Shown here in pieces: positions 47,195 through 54,612 of a stretch of 62,597 nt of DNA (within the stretch, counting starts at the first letter, position 1; every line of letters begins with the position of its first letter). Below the pieces are notes generated by a model. The model ran no database searches. It was not told the origin of the DNA and saw only the letters and a program-made list of their open reading frames with translations. The position numbers were made by a program, and so were the translations under genes. The DNA is from a bacterium (GTDB lineage Bacteria > Patescibacteriota > Patescibacteriia > JBAXGH01), in the NCBI GenBank assembly GCA_037139515.1, contig JBAXGH010000005.1, positions 1-62,597 on the forward strand, read 5' to 3'.

Positions 47195-47269
47195 GGCGAG
47201 CGCCGTATCAAAAAGCTCGCCATCCCAATTCAGCCACTGTGAATCACGCGCCTCGCGTGGTCGGCTGAA
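47195..47269 (+). repeat. island spacer, type B hairpin plus pre-SD hairpin
   Basis: GGCGAGC-gccgtatcaaaaa-GCTCGCC, then TTCAGCcAC..CACGCG-cct-CGCGTG..GGCTGAA. A single GGGGACAGTCCCC lies upstream at 47162-47174. Confidence 0.8.
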
Positions 47270-47281
47270 CAGGAGATACTC

Positions 47282-47518
47282 ATGAAAGATGTCGAGGTTG
47301 AAGATTTTGAGCGCAAGCATTTCGAGCGTGTGCAGAAGATGCTTCCACTCATGTGCGTGTTGGGCATCTCTACGGTGCTCGCTTGCTGGATCGGTGGTGC
47401 GTTCTTCCCGGAGGAATTCGTGATTCCGGTGAAGGCTATGACCGCATTGCCCTTGATTGGAGTGTATGTCTTCCTCATGCACGTCACGAAGAAGCTCGCG
47501 CCGGTCAGGACGAAATAG
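47282..47518 (+). CDS. small membrane protein
   Basis: SD AGGAG, two TM segments. Confidence 0.55.
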   Translation: MKDVEVEDFERKHFERVQKMLPLMCVLGISTVLACWIGGAFFPEEFVIPVKAMTALPLIGVYVFLMHVTKKLAPVRTK

Positions 47519-47552
47519 CCAAGAAGCGCGCAGCAATCGGTAAACGGTCATT

Positions 47553-47618
47553 GGCGAGCGCCGTATCAAAAAAAGCTCGCCTCTGTAATCCGAGCCACCA
47601 CACACCCGTTGTGGCTCG
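47553..47618 (+). repeat. island spacer, type B hairpin plus pre-SD hairpin
   Basis: GGCGAGC-gccgtatcaaaaaaa-GCTCGCC, then CGAGCCAC-cacacacccgtt-GTGGCTCG, then GGAGGAG. Confidence 0.8.
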
Positions 47619-47634
47619 AACCTACGGAGGAGTC

Positions 47635-48021
47635 ATGAATGCACATTTGAAGGAAATCTTTGGTGAATTCTTCTTGGAGAACAACGACCCGTCGCTCGAC
47701 GTGACCATCTACGAGGTGGTGCGCCGCTTCGGCCACGATGTCGAGGACCTGCTACGTCGGTACTATCCGGTCAAGGATCGGCAGCTCGGAGCGGCGCTCG
47801 TGTATGCCGACATCCTGCAGTTCGTTCACGAGCACGAACGGGATTTCGGGCACGAGCTCTTCTGGGAGCTACACGGACTTGTGGAGACCGGTGCGTTCAG
47901 CTGGAGCATCAAGGGCCTGGAGCGCACCGTGTATCTGGAGAGGCTGAGCATGTTGCAGCTTCGGAATGCGAAAGAGCTGGATTTCCTCCACACCGTTACC
48001 GGCGTCGACATGTATATGTAA
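47635..48021 (+). CDS. hypothetical protein
   Basis: SD GGAGGAG, 128 aa from the internal ATG of ORF 47353-48021. Confidence 0.55.
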   Translation: MNAHLKEIFGEFFLENNDPSLDVTIYEVVRRFGHDVEDLLRRYYPVKDRQLGAALVYADILQFVHEHERDFGHELFWELHGLVETGAFSWSIKGLERTVYLERLSMLQLRNAKELDFLHTVTGVDMYM

Positions 48022-48023
48022 AA

Positions 48024-48124
48024 GGTCCGGAAGTATCCTGCGCTAGAAGTCTTGATTGACTCGCGCGAAACTTCCATCCCCAATTCAGCTACTGTGAATC
48101 ACGCACCCCGCGTGGTCGGCTGAA
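48024..48124 (+). repeat. island spacer, type A hairpin plus pre-SD hairpin
   Basis: GGTCCGGAAGTATCCTGCGCTAGAAGTCTTGATTGACTCGCGCGAAACTTCCATCCCC, then TTCAGCtAC..CACGC-acccc-GCGTG..GGCTGAA. Confidence 0.8.
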
Positions 48125-48134
48125 CAGGAGATGC

Positions 48135-48488
48135 ATGGAGACATTGAAGGGTATGGTCGCGGTTTTGATGCTTTGTAGCGTCGGCTATGGTTTTCTGTAC
48201 AAATTCTTCGGGGTTACCACAATCACGGCGAATGTCGACGGCGTAGCGGTCACGGGTGCCGAAGTCTTCGTCGATGGGATCAAGGTCGGAGTGACACCCT
48301 GGAGTGCACGGCTTGGACCGGGAATTTTTGACATCCTAATCCTACCACCGCCCTCAGTTCATTTCGGGAAGCAGGAGAAGCTGCTCAGGTTCGAGTCAGA
48401 TGTGCTCGGTGTTGATTACAGCGCCTCATTCAAGAGCGATGACGTGGTTCGAGCCCACACAACTCAACTCCCGATATGGGTGCAGTAA
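48135..48488 (+). CDS. PEGA-domain-like membrane-anchored protein
   Basis: N-terminal TM segment and VFVDGIKVGVTPW. Confidence 0.5.
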   Translation: METLKGMVAVLMLCSVGYGFLYKFFGVTTITANVDGVAVTGAEVFVDGIKVGVTPWSARLGPGIFDILILPPPSVHFGKQEKLLRFESDVLGVDYSASFKSDDVVRAHTTQLPIWVQ

Positions 48489-48529
48489 GAGGCGCAGTCG
48501 CGCTCGAAGAAAGAAGTGAGTTGTAAAAA

Positions 48530-48630
48530 GGTCCGGAAGTATCCTGCGCTTGAAGTCTTAACTGACTCGCGCGAAACTTCCATCCCCAATTCAGCTACTG
48601 TGAATCACGTACCTCGCGTGGTCGGCTGAA
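48530..48630 (+). repeat. island spacer, type A hairpin plus pre-SD hairpin
   Basis: GGTCCGGAAGTATCCTGCGCTTGAAGTCTTAACTGACTCGCGCGAAACTTCCATCCCC, then TTCAGCtAC..CACG-tacct-CGCGTG..GGCTGAA. Confidence 0.8.
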
Positions 48631-48643
48631 CAGGAGATTAAAA

Positions 48644-48847
48644 ATGATGACATTCGTGAGAGCTGGTCCCGGCGCGGTCATCGTTCGCGATGCGGAACCG
48701 GACGAAACCGAAGAGTCGGTTCAGCTCGCGCATGGGCCGACGGCTCATGTCATTGACCTCGAAGTCGTACAGAGCAATCCGAGGCTCGAAAAACTTCGGC
48801 AAAATGTTCTCAACCTGCAGAGCGCGATGACTGAGCTTCGTTTCTAA
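48644..48847 (+). CDS. hypothetical small protein
   Basis: SD AGGAG, 67 aa. Confidence 0.5.
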   Translation: MMTFVRAGPGAVIVRDAEPDETEESVQLAHGPTAHVIDLEVVQSNPRLEKLRQNVLNLQSAMTELRF

Positions 48848-48871
48848 CGCGGTCTGGATACGGGAGAAAGA

Positions 48872-49330
48872 ATGCTTCTTGGAACGGTTTTCATTCTTCG
48901 TGGAATTCCCGGGTCCGGGAAAACCTACTTTCGCACGAAACAGTTCCCCCGAGCCCTTGTGGCTTCGGCGGACGATTACTTCGCCCAAGGAGGTGAATTC
49001 AAATACGATAGTAGCAAGATTGCGCTTGCGCACCGGTTCTGCTGGAGGAAGTTCCACGCCGGGATGCTCGCCGAGTCGGCGAGCATCGTGATTGACAACA
49101 CGAATGTGCGGGTCGCGGATGTCGCGGCCTACGTGCTGCCGGCCGAAGCGCTCAACTACACCGCACGGGTCGTCACGTTCGTTTGCGACCCGGCGATTGC
49201 GGCGAGGCGCTGTGTTCACGGCGCACCCGAGGAGTACATCGTGCGCAAGGCGGAGGAGCTCGAAAACGAGACGGAGCTCTTTCCGCATTCGTGGACTCAC
49301 GAAATCGTGAAGTCTGGGGAGGCGCGATGA
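48872..49330 (+). CDS. P-loop NTPase/kinase (AAA_33 / polynucleotide-kinase-like)
   Basis: FILRGIPGSGKTY Walker A close to the N-terminus, plus VIDNTN. Confidence 0.6.
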   Translation: MLLGTVFILRGIPGSGKTYFRTKQFPRALVASADDYFAQGGEFKYDSSKIALAHRFCWRKFHAGMLAESASIVIDNTNVRVADVAAYVLPAEALNYTARVVTFVCDPAIAARRCVHGAPEEYIVRKAEELENETELFPHSWTHEIVKSGEAR

Positions 49331-49500
49331 ACCTTGGAATCTGCCTGGGCTGTGTTGTCGCGCTCGTCATGAGCGGCATGCACCTTCATCGCGGACAACA
49401 GTTCGGCTACGCGCTCGCCGGCATCGCGATTTGGGTTCTGCTCGGGGAGGGGTTCGAAATTATTCAGAAGAACCTTGAAGACGAGCGTGGCGATGAGTGA
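49327..49500 (+). CDS. small membrane protein
   Basis: ATGA overlap with the upstream gene, two hydrophobic segments. Confidence 0.45.
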   Translation: MNLGICLGCVVALVMSGMHLHRGQQFGYALAGIAIWVLLGEGFEIIQKNLEDERGDE

Positions 49501-49627
49501 GTTCCTCAGGGTATTCTTCGACCGGGTGGCGCTCGTGATACTCTCGGTGCACGGATGGATTTCCGGGTACTGGGACTACGCAGTCGAGTTCGCGCATGCG
49601 GATCTTTCAAAGGCCGAGCAGGTTTGA
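49493..49627 (+). CDS. small hypothetical protein (44 aa)
   Basis: Translated by hand as MSEFLRVFFDRVALVILSVHGWISGYWDYAVEFAHADLSKAEQV. Overlaps the upstream stop. Confidence 0.35.
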   Translation: MSEFLRVFFDRVALVILSVHGWISGYWDYAVEFAHADLSKAEQV

Positions 49628-49648
49628 ACTGCAAGGCCTTTTTTGTTT
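49610..49648 (+). terminator. rho-independent terminator
   Basis: AAGGCC...GGCCTT followed by TTTTGTTTG. Confidence 0.6.
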
Positions 49649-49823
49649 GTGATTTTGCGTGATTTTCGATAAGCTGAGTTTGGCGCAAGGAGGTTGTCAT
49701 GATGGTCATCACGATCTTGCTGCTGTTGTTCCTTCTCGCGGTTCTTGTGAACGTATTCATGAACCAGTCAACCGCATCCGAGAAATTCTTCGGCTGATGA
49801 AAGGGGAGATGGTGAGGAAGAAC

Positions 49824-49931
49824 ATGAGTTTGTATACGAGGAAGCTTCACAGGGCTTTGATTCTGAACGCCCTCGCGGCATTCGGATTGCTCTTCGGAGT
49901 AATCGCGCTTGTTTGGTGGTATGGCTCGTGA
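49824..49931 (+). CDS. small TM protein (35 aa), start uncertain
   Basis: GAGGAAG before the ATG. Sequence is MSLYTRKLHRALILNALAAFGLLFGVIALVWWYGS. Confidence 0.3.
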   Translation: MSLYTRKLHRALILNALAAFGLLFGVIALVWWYGS

Positions 49932-49933
49932 AA

Positions 49934-49962
49934 CCCGCCCGGTTTTGGGCGGGATTTTTTTT
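49934..49962 (+). terminator. rho-independent terminator
   Basis: CCCGCCC-ggtttt-GGGCGGG followed by ATTTTTTTT. Confidence 0.75.
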
Positions 49963-49993
49963 GTTTTGCTTTTGTTGTTATGAGGTTTTTGTT

Positions 49994-50134
49994 GTCATCC
50001 TCGACGGCCGAGGGATCTTGAAAAGACGAATTCGAAGGGAATGTTAGATCCCTCGGCTTCGGGATGACAACGGGGAGTGGCTTCGGGATGACAATATAAG
50101 TACCTGGGATGACAACTTAAAACGGGATGGCAAC
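49994..50134. repeat. inverted pair of R1 units plus 3 further GGGATGACAA half-sites
   Basis: GTCATCCTCGACGGCCGAGGGATCTTGAA (49994-50022) and GATCCCTCGGCTTCGGGATGAC (50047-50068). GATG(A/G)C restarts at 50063, 50087, 50108 and 50126. Confidence 0.85.
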
Positions 50135-50373
50135 TAAGGAAAAGCAACAGCTTGTGGAGCTATGATCAATCTTTTCTGTGGATAAGTGTCGCGAAATGTA
50201 GCGGAGTGGGACAAAGTGGTATAAAATGGGGAATGGAGGACCAGAATCTCGGGAGCTGTGGATATCTGCGTGACACGGAACGCGCAGAAGTCCGCAGAAA
50301 CTCGGGGTTCTGGCACTTCAACGGAGGCTTTCGGGATGCGGAGAAAAGAGTTGTTAGCGATTGCGCTTAGGGA

Positions 50374-50422
50374 TATCTCTAAGCTCTAATCTCTAAGCTC
50401 TAATCACTCCCGCCCCCACATC
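50374..50422 (+). promoter_or_regulatory. R6 heptad pyrimidine-rich leader abutting the mraZ ATG
   Basis: TCTCTAAG CTCTAAT CTCTAAG CTCTAAT CACTCCC GCCCCCA CATC-ATG. Confidence 0.6.
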
Positions 50423-50854
50423 ATGTTCATCGGTGAATATCACCACTCGATTGATGAAAAAAGCCGCCTGGCCATTCCGGTCAAGTTTCGCGGTGATCTT
50501 TCGTTGGGCGCAACTGTCACCCGCGGTTTAGATAATTGCTTGTTCCTTTACACCAAAGCAGAGTGGGAAAAGCTCGCCGAAAAGTTTGCGAACCTTCCGC
50601 TTGCTCAAGCCAATTCCCGCGCTTTTGCGCGTTTGATGTTGGCCGGCGCGATGGAAGTTGAAGTCGACAAACAGGGGCGCGTGTTGCTCCCGGAGTATCT
50701 CAAGTCTTATGCCGGACTGAAAAAAGATGTTACGATCGCCGGCCTCTACAATCGCCTGGAAATTTGGGACGAGGCGACTTGGACTGAGTATAAGAAAAAG
50801 ACTGAAGAAACTGCCGGCGATATCGCCGAGAAATTAACCGAACTGGGAGTATGA
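50423..50854 (+). CDS. mraZ: transcriptional regulator MraZ
   Basis: MFIGEYHHSIDEKSRLAIPVKFR and a second SpoVT/AbrB-like repeat. Confidence 0.95.
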   Translation: MFIGEYHHSIDEKSRLAIPVKFRGDLSLGATVTRGLDNCLFLYTKAEWEKLAEKFANLPLAQANSRAFARLMLAGAMEVEVDKQGRVLLPEYLKSYAGLKKDVTIAGLYNRLEIWDEATWTEYKKKTEETAGDIAEKLTELGV

Positions 50855-51789
50855 GGAAGCAAAATGAAGAGCTACGCCCTGCGGCCTACGGCCTACGGCC
50901 TGAGTTCCACCACATCTCCGTTTTTCCGCACGAAGCCATCGAAGCGCTTAAGCCCGCACCTGGGCTGAAGTTCATCGACTGCACGCTTGGGGGAGCCGGA
51001 CACACCAAGTCACTCCTCGAAGCTTCGTCGCCGACCGGCATGGTTCTCGCTTTCGATTTAGACCCGGAAGCCATCGCGCATAGCAAAAAGATGCTGGCGG
51101 ATTTTGGCAAACGCGCGGTTCTGGTTCAAGCGAGCTACGAAACCGTCGAGGAAGCGGCAAAAGAACATGGCTTTACTGAAGCCGATGGCGCGCTCATGGA
51201 TTTGGGCGTTTCGAGCCAAGAATTCGACGAAGCCGAACGAGGATTTAGTTTCCGCAAAGAGGGTCCTTTGGATATGCGTTTTTCACCCGATCAGGAACTC
51301 ACAGCCGCGGTGATTGTGAATTCGTGGTCGGAAGAAAAGCTCGCCGAAATCTTCCGAGAATTAGGTGAAGAAAAGTTTGCCGCGCAAATTGCGAAGCGAA
51401 TCGTTGAAGCGCGTGAAATTCAGGCGATTGAAACTACGGCTCAGCTCGAAGATATTGTTTTTCATGCGACGCCAAGCGGCGCGCGACATGGAAAAATTCA
51501 TCCGGCGACACGAGTTTTTCAGGCGCTCAGAATTGCGACCAATGACGAATTGGGCGCACTCGAACGCACGTTGCCAAAGCTCGCAAAGGTTTTGAAACCA
51601 GGTGCCAGGTTAGCTGTGATCTCGTTCCACTCCCTCGAGGATCGGATTGTGAAGCGATTCATGAAATCCGGCGAGGAAGCGGGGCGATTCAAGTTGATCA
51701 CGAAAAAGCCCATTGTTCCGGGTCTTGAGGAGGTGCGGAACAATCCGCGCGCTCGGTCCGCGAAATTGCGGATAGCCGAAATCGTCTGA
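50851..51789 (+). CDS. rsmH: 16S rRNA (cytosine1402-N4)-methyltransferase
   Basis: IDCTLGGAGHT, MDLGVSS, SFHSLEDR. The N-terminal 20 codons contain a CCTACGG heptad repeat. Confidence 0.9.
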   Translation: MRKQNEELRPAAYGLRPEFHHISVFPHEAIEALKPAPGLKFIDCTLGGAGHTKSLLEASSPTGMVLAFDLDPEAIAHSKKMLADFGKRAVLVQASYETVEEAAKEHGFTEADGALMDLGVSSQEFDEAERGFSFRKEGPLDMRFSPDQELTAAVIVNSWSEEKLAEIFRELGEEKFAAQIAKRIVEAREIQAIETTAQLEDIVFHATPSGARHGKIHPATRVFQALRIATNDELGALERTLPKLAKVLKPGARLAVISFHSLEDRIVKRFMKSGEEAGRFKLITKKPIVPGLEEVRNNPRARSAKLRIAEIV

Positions 51790-51848
51790 GGATGACGCTT
51801 CCATGCTTTGCGTCATCCTCGGGCATGTCGGTTTAATGCAGTGTTTTT

Positions 51849-52190
51849 ATGCTTGGAGGAGCATTACAATCTACGTCAACATTCCGACGTCCGGAAGAAA
51901 GAACTTCTTTTGGTACGATTTTGGTTTTAGTCGTATCCGGCCTTACGATTGCGATTTGCGGTACCGGATATATCATGCAGATGAATTTTGCAACTTCGAA
52001 AGGCTACGAGATCAAAAAGCTTGAACAAGCGGTTGTGAAGATGCGCGCCGAAAATGCAAAGCTCAGTATCGGAGTCGCGACGGAACAGTCGATGGATACG
52101 CAAAGTGCGAAAATTAACATGATGGGTATGGTTGATGTTGGCACGGTGGAATATGTGATGCCGCCTGGACCGGTTGCGGTTGCTCGATAA
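51849..52190 (+). CDS. FtsL-like small bitopic membrane protein
   Basis: Position after rsmH, single TM segment followed by a coiled coil. Confidence 0.5.
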   Translation: MLGGALQSTSTFRRPEERTSFGTILVLVVSGLTIAICGTGYIMQMNFATSKGYEIKKLEQAVVKMRAENAKLSIGVATEQSMDTQSAKINMMGMVDVGTVEYVMPPGPVAVAR

Positions 52191-52195
52191 TGCGT

Positions 52196-52223
52196 TCAAG
52201 ATCCCTCGGCCGTCGAGGATGAC
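52196..52223 (-). repeat. R1 hairpin repeat, variant 2, reverse copy
   Basis: TCAAGATCCCTCGGCCGTCGAGGATGAC. Confidence 0.85.
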
Positions 52224-52268
52224 AACAATAAAACTTGGAACGATAAAAAAAGACCACCAGGACGGTGG

Positions 52269-52853
52269 TTATTTTGTTTGGAACATCGCCTTCGTGTGCA
52301 TCGTGAGGCTCGCGAGTGCATACGGTATGGCGCCACAGAAGGAAAGGAGCGGAACGTACTCCGGGCGGCAGACCTGGAGCAGGTAGCTGACGGTTGCGAT
52401 ACATTCGAGCAGGGTCTTGCGCTTGCCGAAGTTTGTGGAAGGTACTGTGAACTTTTTCATGCCGCGCAGCCAAAGCGCTATGAACTGAGCGATGCGCACG
52501 AGAACAAGTGAGCCTTCAGCCACGGCGATCGTCCAGAAGACGTAGCGCGGAACCCAGGTCATGAAGTAGAGCGCGCTCACGATCAGAAGTTTGTCCCGCA
52601 TCGGATCAAAGAACTCTCCGAGCGGGGTGATGCCGGAGCCTTCAAGATGATCTTCGCGAGCTCGCGCGACCATGCCGTCGAGCACGTCCGAGAACATGAT
52701 CGCAAGCATTAGGATGACAGCCGGCTCGTAAAGGCCGATGTAGAGCAGGTAATCGAGAATCGGGATGCAGGAAATCGCGGTGAAGGTGATTGCGTTCGCT
52801 GAAATGTCGTGCCTGAGGCAAAACCGCACGAACGCATTTTCCTTATCTCTCAC
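52269..52853 (-). CDS. CDP-alcohol phosphatidyltransferase family protein
   Basis: DVLDGMVAR...G...DPMRDKL (DGxxAR...D...D motif). Confidence 0.8.
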   Translation of the reverse strand: MRDKENAFVRFCLRHDISANAITFTAISCIPILDYLLYIGLYEPAVILMLAIMFSDVLDGMVARAREDHLEGSGITPLGEFFDPMRDKLLIVSALYFMTWVPRYVFWTIAVAEGSLVLVRIAQFIALWLRGMKKFTVPSTNFGKRKTLLECIATVSYLLQVCRPEYVPLLSFCGAIPYALASLTMHTKAMFQTK

Positions 52854-52909
52854 GGTGCCTCCGGTCGAAAAGGTGCAAATCTTCAGATTTCTGGTACTCT
52901 ACGCCAAGT

Positions 52910-54144
<1,235 letters not shown>

Positions 54145-54232
54145 GTGGTAAGTGCGCAGGTAGATAAGTACTACTTTTGCTGCCACTTATTTACTTACCA
54201 CTTACTGCTTGCCCCTGCTATAATGCTCCTGT

Positions 54233-54610
54233 ATGGCACAAACCAAGGGAGCCGCAATCAGCAGTTTTATTTTCAAAGATTTAATCGGCAGCGTTTTGGC
54301 TTTTCCGCTTTGGTGGTTTTGGAGCGGCGTTCCTTATTTCGTCAAAGTGTATCGTCGTGCTTGGCGTAATTTTTCAAATGAATTCGGCGTCGGAGTTTGG
54401 ATGAAAAACTTATTTGTGCCGATGTATGGCGCGCGCGATATTTCCGGGCGCCTGATTAGTTTTATAATCCGCCTGTTTCAGGTGATTGTACGCAGTTTTG
54501 CCATGGTGATCGTCACCATGATTACGCTTCCGCTGCTTTTGATTTGGCTTTTCCTGCCGATTATCGCAATCGTTGCGCTCATCACACAGTTTATCGGACT
54601 TTTCTCATAA
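54233..54610 (+). CDS. hypothetical membrane protein
   Basis: 125 aa, 3-4 TM segments. Confidence 0.55.
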   Translation: MAQTKGAAISSFIFKDLIGSVLAFPLWWFWSGVPYFVKVYRRAWRNFSNEFGVGVWMKNLFVPMYGARDISGRLISFIIRLFQVIVRSFAMVIVTMITLPLLLIWLFLPIIAIVALITQFIGLFS

Positions 54611-54612
54611 AT

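Larger units (their letters stand above)
44128..50022 (+). other. GC-richer accessory island: ~16 small same-strand ORFs in cassette-like units, bounded by R1 repeats
   Basis: All ORFs are on the + strand with GGAG-type SDs. There are 7 bipartite hairpin spacers. R1 copies lie at 44128-44150 and 49994-50022. Confidence 0.6.

Noticed and set aside
46163-48587. Type A spacer as a single-subunit (phage-type) RNA polymerase promoter
   Set aside because: TTAACTGACTCGCGCGAAA shows only a loose resemblance to T3/SP6-class promoters. No phage RNAP gene is present in the window. The hairpin explanation accounts for more of the conserved sequence.
45492-48630. CRISPR array
   Set aside because: The repeats are 60-100 nt, heterogeneous (two types) and separated by 250-500-nt protein-coding ORFs with SDs. 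They are not separated by 25-50-nt spacers. No cas genes are present.
44128-50022. The island spacers could be integron attC sites (a CALIN-type cassette array)
   Set aside because: I could not find the RYYYAAC (R'') ... GTTRRRY (R') boundary pair in any spacer. The only GTTAAGA-like string lies in the loop of hairpin 1, not at the ends. The outer stems read TTCAGC..GCTGAA rather than ..AAC...GTT... No intI is present. Similarity to integrons is architectural only. IntegronFinder should still be run.
49994-50422. Chromosomal replication origin (repeat arrays plus a DnaA box upstream of mraZ)
   Set aside because: There is only one DnaA box, no obvious AT-rich unwinding element, and no dnaA or dnaN nearby. 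The repeats are the same R1 family that is scattered throughout the window.
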